Both the position numbers and the translations under genes were made by a program. From Fimbriosthenelais zetlandica (lineage: Eukaryota), in the NCBI GenBank assembly GCA_977030845.1, contig OZ365115.1:5890001-5954000 (forward strand): a stretch of DNA of 64,000 nucleotides. The letters run 5' to 3'. This document shows, in pieces, positions 20,501 through 31,600 of this stretch. Each line of letters starts with the position of its first letter. Position 1 is the stretch's first letter. The notes beneath the pieces were generated by a model. The model was not told where the DNA came from and did not search any database. It was given only the letters and a program-made list of their open reading frames with translations.

Positions 20501-23500
20501 ATGTTCTGGTGCCTGCTCGGCATAGCGGAATTCAAATATGAGACCATATTCATCCGGTGACAAGTCTAGGCTCACCTTATGCCAGGCCTGTTAGTAACAA
20601 ACAATAGTGCGTGACAAAGTAGTACAAACTGACTGAAGCCATTTTTTCCCTTGAAATCAGCTTAAGTAACAGAAACATATGGAACAACTATTTATATTAG
20701 AAAATGTCAAAAGTCAAAAGTCAATTGAAACACTTACTTTCACCTGACCATCATGGAGTATGTCCACCAACATCCTTTCTTCAGTTTGATTGTAACTATG
20801 GACAGTAAACCAGTTATGAGACTTTGTCAGAGAGAACAATATTATATAGGATTATTTCCTCAAAAAATAACATGTTCAATGATAAGAAATATCACAGCAG
20901 TCCTTACCTGTAGACTTTGATGTCCACGTATCTGGTGAAGAAGTAGAAAGTGAGACAACTCTCATTGACGACTTTCTCTATCGGTGAGACTAATCTGCTC
21001 CAGTCTTGTTCTCTTGGCCGTAACTTGAGGGTGTTCTTGACAGTCATGTAGAAACCTGAAAAGATATGAATGATTTGTGAAAGAGGACATACAAGTAGTC
21101 AATCTTTTTACAGATTGTCTGGTTGCAAGATTATTCATTTTGAATACAATTTTATGCTCAGGGATTGAGTCTGAATCCTAAGAGTACTTACTGACTTCCT
21201 TGTCATCTTCGTCTTCCCACTCCTCTGTCCCTGTTCCATTGCCTTTACTCAGTGTGTTGTTGAAAGATTTCATTTCTTTCTTTTCCTGCTCCTCATCTTC
21301 ATCTTCCTTGTCATCAGGGGTGACTTTTTTCCGCACCCAGATCTGATGGAGGTTGGATGACATGTATTTATATCCACATGCACATCTATCGAGGAAGGAA
21401 CAGCTGATACCAAACTTCTCATGTGATTCTGAAAGTGGATTGAAGATTGTCAAAATACTGTGCCAATTACTCGACCTCCCTTTTCCAAAATCCTGGATCG
21501 GCCCCTATTATCCTCAAGGAAACCAGAATTTCATTCTAATCAATATGCCCCATAATTCAGTGTCAAAATTAAGTGGGAAACGTCCAAATAAAATGGGGAA
21601 ATGTCAAAATTAAGTAGGGAAATGTCAAAATTAACTTGCCCTGATGTTTGCAAAAGTGAATAGTGTCATGATTGTGCTGAATGACAGAGCAAAAGTTATC
21701 AAAGTTCGTGCTACGACCAAAAGTCATGCCAAAGTTATAGAATCTGGAAAAGGGATCAGATTGTCAAAGCAAAAGTTGTGACTGTCTAGATGTTCTCTAA
21801 AAGATTGGAATATTGCGGCTTTCTATATTCTATTGCAAAATTGCCAAATCTCGAGATGAAAAAATCCAAACTGTTTCCCCGAGGCCCATTACAAATTAAA
21901 GACTCGGCTAGTTACCATAGAGCTTATATATGTTGAATCCACCATAGTTCTGTGAGAGTTCCAGGTCCCAATTTTCACAATATTTGATGTAGCAACGTCG
22001 TTTTTTGAAGTTGAAAGCATTAGCACCGTAGGTACGGGTGATATGCATACAGCCACGCACACTTACACGCCGAGTAGTGTTGACATGAAGACACCTACTG
22101 GCCAGGCCCCGAACCTCATCATAGACCAGCCGAAACTGATAACCACAGTCTGAACACAGAAGAAAACTTAGCAAAAGCATTCACAACTACAGAGATGACA
22201 TTCAATTAGAAGCAAAGAAAATGTGTGGACATAACTAGTGGTTTTATCCAAGCCATTGAATTTGTCAATACCTGAGACCATTTCCAGGAAATCATCAATC
22301 CATCCATAAGCAATGTTTTTTGTAATCAACCATCCAGACAAATTATAAAAGGGAGCTATACTAAGCCCTATATCGAACCCACAATAGCTTTTCAAAGCCC
22401 AATTCTGAAAGAATTTAGACTAAGTTTGGCAGACCTAAGTTGTTAAAGACCCATGGGGTGCCTAAAGAGGTGCATGGTGATGGAGAGGGAGTTGGAAAGG
22501 AAGGAGGTGAAGTGATTTTAACATATTCAAAAACTTACCATTTCCATCACTAAACTCTTTGTAGCATGAGCGGCAGGGGACTGTCGATGCACACATTTGT
22601 ATAGGGTCAGGTGGCACTTCTGGTTCCTCTGTTGCATTTGGCATCATTGTTGTCATAGCCATCGTAGTGAATTGCTCAGTGGTTACAGCATCAGTCATGT
22701 TATCTGTGGAATTGTCGGTAGTGACATAGTCCAAGGTAGTTAGCGTCTCCATAGTGGTTGCTGCAAAGATGGGATGATTAGATACAAGAAAAGATAATAT
22801 TTTCTGAAGATACATCATGATCTCAAATATCACCATTATCCTATTGCTGCAATCGATATGGGATATTCTACATTAGAGACACTACAAGAAAGCACCAACC
22901 TTCTATTTCTCTGATGATTTCTGTACAGTTTTCCGTCAGCAGGGTGATATTATCCACCAGTATTTGAGTCAAAGAAGGGTCTCCAAGAATGGCACTGAAC
23001 ACCAGGTTATAGGTACCGTTAGGCAGCATGATGTGTGTATAGTTCCACAGTCCACCACTGGTGTCGGCACCTAGAGTGCAAATCAGCTCCCTACCCTAGA
23101 ATATGGATATGACAAACAGGTGTTATAGGGATATGGACTTACTTCTGTATATTCCTGCCTGGAAAAATATTCTTCTATACCGGAAACGAAATTGAACATC
23201 ACTTGTCCTGCACCCAAGCTTTGTTTCAGTGCAGTAGTAGAATTTAGTATACGGTAATTAAGGTAACAGTACCTGGTAGGCTATGTGAGTCGTCTGTAGG
23301 AATATATCAATGGAGGAGCCTTCAGTGAGCAAGTAATCTATTCGTATACAAGTCTCTGATGTCATATTCAGTGATGGTGACATTAGAACACTGACGTCAC
23401 CTTGACGTGCATCACTGACCAACACTCCATACACCCCGTCAGTACCATCTGTGGTCATCAATTTAGAAAGTCAGCAACGATAAATTATACAGAAATTACT

Positions 23501-26500
23501 CCCCAGCAGAAAGATAAGAAACATTTTAGTTGAATGGTTTGGAATGAGATTTGAAGGGTACCAACCAATCAACTGGGGGACCCAATGAGGGCCAGATACA
23601 GTTCTGTAGCCACACGCTTTGTCATGAGAGAAAGTACATCCCAAGCTTTTGGTAAAATCTGAAAATAAGACAAGATGGCTGATAAAAGTACATTTATACA
23701 TCAATACTAATAACATTAAGATGCGTGAAGTATAGAGTAGTCACTTACTACAGACGGCAAACTCATCACTGAGGTCTCCACAGTCATCTTCACCATCACA
23801 TATCAGGTCACTTGACACACACCGACCATTATCACAGGCGAACTCCACTTCACGACAGGCTGAACGGTGGGAAAGGAGGACAATAGTTAGTCACCAATAT
23901 CTATTGCAATATGCCATATGTTGGTAAATGAAGCAAAAACCGGATCAGATTTTTTTTATAATCTTAAAGTTGATGGTAGTTGTCAGGGCTATGTTAACAT
24001 TGGTTTGATAAGCAGAGATATTTTATTGCACCCGTCCCATGATAATCTTTGTGGATTGTTACCTCAATTGAGCCCATGCATGTATGAATTGCTTGTACAA
24101 GGCAAGGGATGAGGACATTGGATCAAGTGAGAGTAAGAAAGGTACCCTGCCATATAAACCTACCACAGAGTGGAATATCGCAGTACTCCATCTCTCCCGT
24201 ACTCAGGTCTGTTATACACCAGGGACTGCTCGGATCATCATCCGGGTTACGACAGTAGTTCTCCAGCTCACTGATCGTCTTGTCCACTAACTGGGCGTCC
24301 TGAGACCGCCAGATCATGGGGCGCAGAAACGGTGGCACCAGCTCCCACCTAAAACATGAAATAACTCATTTCACAATAAGGTCCTGTGAGGTCAAACAAA
24401 TTGAAATGATATATCTAGGAGGTTGGGATATAGCTGCAGGCATACCTTTTGCAGGTGGTGTTTGAGGCAGTGGTGGAGAGGTACCCTGCATAGCCTTTAC
24501 CAGATACTGATTCTTTGCAGGTATGCTCTAAAATGTAGAATATCATATATCAGACAGTATTTTGGATATGTGATTAATTCCGATGTACATATGGCACTGG
24601 AATATAATCATACTCCTTCTTACATGGATTCCTTTTTATCTTACCGGTTGGGCAAAGCCCAATTGTGACATCATCAACAGCCACATTTAGGAGCTCGTTG
24701 CTTTGGCTCGTAGCAGCCTCCAGTATAATTCTATAGTAACCAGTAGGCAGACGCTGGATGCCACGTTCCCATAATTGAACAGATCTGTTAGAGAGCGAAG
24801 AATGAAAGAGATAGTCAAGGACATGAACATCCAGATCGATGGCCAATGTGGAACTGTATATCAAGTTGACCTTTAACTCGCCTATACTGCAAACCCAGCA
24901 GGCACAAGACGTCTTCACAACGTCTTTAGACGTTGTGAGGACGTTGTATCTTACTGATGTCAGGAACAAGGGCTCAACAACTTTCGTACAATATTCTTGC
25001 CCATTATGTGTACCTCAAGTGACTTAATTAAATGTGCCCGTGTCCCGCAATTGTTTGAGCAACAGTTTATAAGATTTGGTTGTTGCCTTGGCCAGGCCCT
25101 TCAATCTCGACCTCACCTGCTATTGGGACGATACTGATGCGACCATATTGTAGTGATCTCACTATGGTGAGACTTGGTCTTCACGTTCAAGGCGCCCCCT
25201 CTCAGCTGATAGTAGAACTGCACACAGGTGGCGCCATAAGAGCTGATGTAAGGGGAGACGAGGTGAGCGAAGCTACCAGGCTGGTTAAACTTGGTGGCTG
25301 CTAGCAAGTAACTTCCAATACCTGTTAAAACCAGTCATCAAATGTGCTTAAACATTGCAGCAAGCGTCTTCTCCATAATTATTGTTCAACGCATTAAACT
25401 TAATGATTCATACTTACTCGACATGAATGTATGGTCATATTGTGGAAATTTAACATCAGCCCGCGTGTCTTTATTGACAGGCTTCCAGGATAAAGACTGA
25501 GTATCCTCTTTTACAAAAGCACACAGACCATCCTCAAAACTACAACTGGCAGAACTTTGTACTGTAAAGGAGATCAAATCATAGTTAAACCATGTAACTC
25601 CAATGATGATTCTTCAATTGAAAATTTGGATGAATTGGAAAGGATGGCACACCAACCTTGGCATTTCTTTCGATGGAAATGATCTACATACATTTCCTTC
25701 ACAAAACCTTTGTCTGATGACGTCATATCAGCAGGAGTGACGTAACATGTGGCTGAGCGTCTGTCGTACACAACTGAGCAACATGAGTCGCCATGACGTG
25801 TGAGACAGAGATGACGACATACCTTGGCTGACACATCCACATACGTGGCTAATGTATCTGGCACATCCACCAGTCGTTGGTTGGCAAAACGCTCAAAGCC
25901 AGTTTGCCATGATTCTGCAAGATCATGGAAGATTGTACCAGTTCAATTGCAGCATTTTACTTTTATTTATTAGTGTATTTTATTCATATGGTAACCGAAA
26001 TCACAAATTGATAATCTTTGAGATGAGTTATTACCTTTACCGTCAGTTTCATTTTTCTTGACACCTCCACTCTGTATTTTTACAAAACTCTCTTCAACTA
26101 TGTCCAGCAGCCCGAGTCTGTGTGTTGCCGACATTCTAAATGCACAGAAAAGACAAATTTTATATCATTGGGCATACAAATATCATTGGACATTTGACCT
26201 GGAAATTAATAAGAAGCAATGATCGTAATGTGATCGTAATAGAGCAGTTACCTGAAGACATTTTGGTTACAGATGGTAACTGCTGGGAAGCGGACATCAT
26301 CGGTGTATATCACCTCTACATCCACAGCTTTAGGATGACTGTAGAGATACGTCAGGCGATCTGACATGAACCAGAAGAAGAAACTGGTTGCTAACAGCAC
26401 CACTGTAGTCCATAAAACCCTGGTAAACAGAAATCATCGGTACATAACCCAGCATAAACCATGTACACATTCTGACAATGCGTTCCACTGCCATACAGCC

Positions 26501-28641
26501 CTGGTTTTTGCAGTGACGTTAAACTCCAATGAAACAACAAGCCTTGGACATACTGATTGCATATATAGACTGATGAGCACCTATATTATTAGCTCAATGC
26601 CAGATTCTGTGCCCTCCGGGACGACCCCTATAACCAGTAAATGGTTGATTGTGTCATATTGCTTGCAATTAAGCCTAGCAAGAAACTAGCTGCACTGGCA
26701 CCATTGTTACAAAATACCATATTGAATGCATTTTCAAATCAGGAGGGATCTTTTTATAAAACATCCCATTAAATAAGATACGTGTATTCAGTGAATTAAC
26801 TGACGAACAGGAATCGTAATAGAGCGAGTAGATGAACTAATATGCAGATATGTAGAGCGAGCAGATGATCAGCTCAAACTTATCAACCAAACCCAAGCCG
26901 CAGTTGATAGATATGTCATGCCCTCATTCCTCTGGTCACCCATTGAATTATTGCTGACATACATAATAATATCATATCAGTCAGGCGCGAAAATCCCCAA
27001 TTCCCTCCAGTCCTCATCCATATGCGAATGTGGAAACAATGGTGTAGATGAATTAGGTCTGCGCATATAGTGCACACACTACCCGATACATGGTTAGTAT
27101 GATGTGGTGTGTATACCCCAAATACCAGTTACCTGGGTAAAGATATGTGTAAAAGCAAAATGGGAATCGATTGTCACACCAGTATAGTTCACAGCCTGGT
27201 AAAAATAATTTACCAAACTTTTTGCATTCGATTGCCTTGACTTCACCCGATTTATATGCATGACAAAATTCCCCACAATACTTTCACTTGCTAATGTGAA
27301 TAGTTCTGAGTTTTGAAATTCCTGTTTAACTAATGATTTATGGGGAATCGTATGCATAATTTTAAACCGGACACTGCTACCACAAACGGATGAACAAGGT
27401 AAAAAGGCCATTCATCATGATAACTGTCAACAATGGCTGATAACAAACAAGGTTTGTTGTTCCTTGGTGATTAATTTCTCTGTTGATGAGGTGAATTCGT
27501 TGTTATATTCTCACCAGGGAATAATGACACATTGTCATAATCACCTAGCCCATGTATTGCTTTTACATCCTCTTTTGTGTTTAATTATGCCAGTTTTGGT
27601 TTCAATTAATTTGGTGTTGCACTCCATGCACTTGATTTTCATCAGTAGGCTACAGAAAATGAGAAGACGTAAGAGAATCAAGGAGAAAATTGACGGATGT
27701 ATGTGACGCCTACAGTTTCTCTATTGAAAGCAGTCAGTACCGAAATATTTTCCTATTATATACATACTGCCAGTATAGAAAAATATTCTAGGTAGGCCTG
27801 CTGCAGGCTTGATTTCTAAAGATCTGCAAATCTGAGACATTGGAAGTAGGCTACATGTTCTAGAAAGAGCAAGACATCTTGCACACTGGAATAGGAAGCG
27901 TTGAATGTCGGCTATACCTTGGAGAGTTCACATGGTGCATTCTGATCATTGTACCCCTGAATGAGCGGGTGTTTTAGTTATCTTCACAGAACTTCACTCA
28001 GTATGAAAGTTGATCAGAATTTCACTGGACTTTTGGCCACCTGTATCTTGGGGAAGTATCATACGAAATACCTGGGGATGAACCGAAGATGAAAAAAACA
28101 GAATAGAATATCTGAGAAATTGAATGTTATAAAGTTTACCTTCGTGATATGTAGGGTGTGTCGGCTGTGATGTATCTTACACCGTGGAATGTTGTGTCCT
28201 GGGTGAACTGAAATATCAGTGCTGCCCACGATTTCTTGTTGCCGTTTCCATTTCCTAGAACGAAAATGAAAGCTTCGATAAAGATATGCTGCCTGCACAT
28301 GAACGTGTTACTTTGTGACAGAAAAAGTTGACCTTAATTCGTATTAGAAGTTTTCAAATTCAATGAAGGAAGATTGATCACAGAATGTGTTTGATGTAAA
28401 ACTTACCACTTGAACCATTGGGACCACCCATTCTTTCTTTTAAGAAGGACGCAAACACAGAAAGTTTGGATTTCGGAGCCTGAAAATGAGCAAAAGTTGA
28501 AAAATAAGTCCATTCTGCGATATAAAAACACAATAATCCATTGTGAATCTGATAATTGGTATCCAGCCCATAATCAGATTATGCAGGTATAATTTGTTGG
28601 GCGATACTTGCCTCAGCTCCGTACGTATTTCCTCCTGCCAT
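14561..28641 (-). CDS. Giant DEG/ENaC (ASIC-like) amiloride-sensitive channel subunit, ~2165 aa, 40 coding exons
   Basis: Exons (high-low): 28641-28612 (GC donor), 28479-28407, 28254-28140, 26419-26252, 26135-26041, 25914-25657, 25561-25418, 25321-25117, 24784-24645, 24527-24446, 24348-24164, 23859-23749, 23658-23566, 23448-23273, 23095-22900, 22760-22539, 22461-22435, 22355-22236, 22149-21916, 21428-21192, 21055-20908, 20795-20738, 20587-20452, 20306-20190, 20057-19819, 19575-19467, 19270-19157, 19064-18896, 18802-18687, 18576-18494, 18372-18274, 18084-17931, 17798-17742, 17611-17390, 17276-17050, 16707-15982, 15776-15594, 15483-15260, 15087-14996, 14874-14561; total 6498 nt, open throughout. 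Hallmarks: [13 protein letters not shown] (HG motif), TM1 [48 protein letters not shown], Cys-rich thumb, [10 protein letters not shown] and TM2 [24 protein letters not shown]. Confidence 0.9.
19157..19270 (-). other. LDL-receptor class A repeat 2
   Basis: [36 protein letters not shown]; this frame is not in the ORF track. Confidence 0.85.
19467..20306 (-). other. MAM domain 4 (3 exons)
   Basis: [28 protein letters not shown]...W...[18 protein letters not shown]...[13 protein letters not shown]. Confidence 0.88.
20452..21428 (-). other. MAM domain 3 with an acidic internal loop (4 exons)
   Basis: [12 protein letters not shown]..[acidic insert]..FYM..RLVSP..SCLTFYF...AWHKVSLDL...LIFE...[13 protein letters not shown]. 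Confidence 0.82.
21561..21635. repeat. Short intronic tandem repeat (~20-21 bp, ~3.6 copies)
   Basis: tgtcaaaattaagt(g/a)ggaaa repeated, with one divergent copy. Confidence 0.7.
21916..22149 (-). other. Second, divergent PAN/apple-like module
   Basis: [45 protein letters not shown]; the cysteine and aromatic spacing resembles PAN, but the assignment is tentative. Confidence 0.5.
22900..23658 (-). other. MAM domain 2 (3 exons)
   Basis: [12 protein letters not shown]...SVLMSP..TCIRIDY...W...[12 protein letters not shown]...[13 protein letters not shown]. Confidence 0.82.
23749..23859 (-). other. LDL-receptor class A repeat 1
   Basis: [36 protein letters not shown], with a complete DxSDE calcium motif. 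Confidence 0.93.
24164..24527 (-). other. Kringle domain (2 exons)
   Basis: C..GKGYAG..STT.S..TCKRW...[17 protein letters not shown]...EYCDIPLC, six cysteines. Confidence 0.93.
24645..25561 (-). other. MAM domain 1 (3 exons)
   Basis: CSFEDGLC..W...DHT...GSYL...AHLVSP....CVQFYY...W...[12 protein letters not shown]...[11 protein letters not shown]. Confidence 0.88.
25657..25914 (-). other. PAN/apple domain exon within the channel finger insertion
   Basis: FERFANQRL...[23 protein letters not shown] (C-x3-C...C-x-S-x2-Y...C pattern). Confidence 0.8.
26252..28254 (-). other. DEG/ENaC HG-motif exon and TM1/beta1-beta2 exon
   Basis: 28254-28140 encodes [38 protein letters not shown]; 26419-26252 encodes RVLWTTVV...[14 protein letters not shown]. 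Neither appears in the supplied ORF track. Confidence 0.9.
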
Positions 28642-31600
28642 GGTAGTTTGTAGTGCCACCTAACAGTAACAGGTAATTCCCGTAGTGTCATACAATGTGG
28701 GATGTAGGCAGAGGCCAACCATGCTTACGGTAAAGACAAAGGGGCCTTATTGTGTCCCCATCCCTCATATTACCACGTATGTCTACCTTTCCTACCCTGT
28801 CATCACACATTGATATGATACATGAAGGCATCTGCCTCTTACAGTCCATCTAGTCACTGCCTTTTTGTCTACAAGGCCCAACAGCTCCCCCACCAATCAA
28901 AAATTACAAAAATTCATCTGCCCCTCGACATGACGTATCGAGGGCAACAAGGGCGAGGATAATATCAACACCTACCCGTTACTCTGCTGACGTGATCGTG
29001 TTACCACTTCCTCTTGACAGGACGGCCCACGACCAACAGTCGCACCGGGTGCTCGGGCTGCCATATGCTGTGGGTATACATTTCCACTAATTTCACATTG
29101 ATGGTTGTACGGGGAGGGTGTCGCATGATTGTTTGGAATAGGAGGAAGGGTCAACATACGCCATCTGATTAAAGTAATCCCAAGAGGGCCTTAGAGTCAC
29201 TACCCGTCCCACTGCCCTCTGTTGGTAAATGATCACAGTGCCACCTAGGGGCTGAGGGATAGGGCACTTCCGGTTGAGCACAATGATTAATGAAGTTATC
29301 CAAGGTTGTAGGTGGTGGCCTGGTCGTCCTGGGTTGTCGAGGGTGGTGTACGGGTATCAAGTAGATACAAATTGAATACTAATAGATTTATGGTAAATTG
29401 AATAGAATTTGATCATCAGCAAGAGGTGGCCAAAGTCTTAGACCTAGGCAATCATTTACCAAAAATGAATTGGCTCCTCCCGACTATCACAATGCCTTCA
29501 CTGAAGCATATCATGTGATGTCCCTACTATGCTAGTAGTCCTACTTGGTACCGCATCATCAATTTCAATGCCATCAATATTTTTGGTAACCTCAATGAGT
29601 CTTGAGAGTTCTTGCAGCAAGAGGTGTGATACCATTTGAGATGTAGGCCTGTTTAAGTGCCCTATCCCCTGACATGCAGGCTTATTGGTTGTAGAATACC
29701 CTCTACAACACAGCTAACACACAACTAGTACACACACCAGTAGATAAAGTGCCCCCAGTGTCAGTATTTGCCCTCCCGGCCAACAGATGACTCTGTGTAC
29801 CCTCATCATCCTCTACATTCCATCATTGTACACCAGGGGGAGCGGTGACGCTCAACATTTTTTAGAGCTCACATACTACATTGACTCTATTTGGTCTTTT
29901 ATAATTTGTGTGAAAAGGAAACTATGGACAGTTCTAATGGTCAAGATGAGCTGTTTTGCCTTAAAAACGGTCATCATCAAAATGCACTCCAAGCAGTTTT
30001 TTATGATCGAGTTTCCTGCTCTAGCTAATAAATGAAATTAGTATCAAAGCATTGAATGATGAATTTTAACATTCATATAACTTTATGGAGTCCTTCTGCT
30101 GAACAGGCTATTATTCTGATGATATAAAATTGTACTTGCATGCTTTTGAGCCCTTAAGTAGCTTATTGCTAAATGCATGAATCAACCTGATCAATTAATT
30201 TCATTCGCAGGTTCCATTCATCGAATAATAGTGAGGCCAAAAATGCTCACTGATATTTTGTCACAGTCAGCAAGTGCCTGTACTAGGTAGAGCGAAAAGC
30301 GGGCTTAATTCCTCAGACTTTCAATGCAACGTCCTATACTATTGCATAAAACAATGTTCCCACAAGTGAAACTTCAATGATTTGAAGGCTATTTTTGAGC
30401 AGTGTTCTGTTGCTCTTGGAATCTCACAATAATAGGTTCATATACTTGAATCTGAAAGTTAACACAGGTAACCCCCCAAACCCACCAACACCAAAACTGT
30501 AAATCTCATCATTTGATGCCACCGGTTTATCAAGGCCATGGTTTGGGACCTTATTGCATGGCTCTTGTTGAATATCTGTGAACCATGAGCAGCTCTTGGT
30601 TGCCTGAGCAGCTCACTACCGCCACCACTGGTTTACAGAGGAATTGAGCAGCTAGCAGAACACATACTCCCCCTGGTGCAGGCCTGGAGCAACATTTGTT
30701 ATAATATATGGTTAAGCATACATGGCCGGCTCTTCTGCAGTGGTCTTCGGCAGAAAGTTGACTTTGAATAAATGATTAAAGCACCAGATAAGACATACAA
30801 ACAACATTATCTTTATTCTGGACCATTAAAACACAAACACTTAAAAGTTGCTTATGTGCGCTGCTTTACTATGATATAATATGGGTCTGGCAAGGGTTCT
30901 TCCAAGGGCTCGAGAATAATACTTCTTCTCAACAGGAATTTACTGTGATTCACAGATGACACTTATCAGATATATACAAAATTACATCCTCCTCTGACAA
31001 ATCTGGGTTCAGAGTAAGCGAGAAGACTAAAACGAATAGAAACACATGAGAGAATCCTCTTCAAATGTCAATGCTGGTAGCCCTGGTTAAATGCCAGATA
31101 AAGGACAATATAATTTACATTTTTTCGTACAAATAACACAAAATAATGGTAAGGAAGAAAGAACAGAAAGACAGAAAATCTCCAGGCCTTACCAGTATAA
31201 AGCTAAGTGCTCGATATTGCCTCATTCTCTCACTCACTGAACCAACAACATATTATTATCAGACATCAAGATTTACATCAAAGTCAGCATCTGTATCTCA
31301 TGGAAGCACTTTACCACACTGATTGCGATCAAAAGACAATGTTAATTTGAAAACCTTCTACTTGTCTAGATAGCCAGAATGTATACCACTGGTTCATATA
31401 TGTTGTACCCTGCGTTTTGCAAACTCTGCCTTATAGTGGTCTACCACCTACAATTAGCACTGCATTCACGAGTACTTGCTATGTTTCTCGATCTTTCAAT
31501 CTCATCATTTTAACTATATTGTGTATTGTACACACAGCAATGTATATCCTCTTACGGGACCGTCATTAAGCAAGAGCATTGAAATCGTATTTCAATATTA

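Noticed and set aside
21480-21510. aaaatcctggatcggcccct as the terminus of a known invertebrate repeat family
   Set aside because: Resemblance from memory only; no matching opposite terminus found.
26455-26466. VHGL as the channel HG motif
   Set aside because: Followed by a stop and lies in an intron; the true motif (TTFHGVRYI) is in exon 28254-28140.
28041-28071. 31-nt candidate exon (ISYDTSPRY) linking the N-terminus to TM1
   Set aside because: Weak donor (gtggcc) and it would omit the HG motif; exon 28254-28140 has the same phases and a far better family match.
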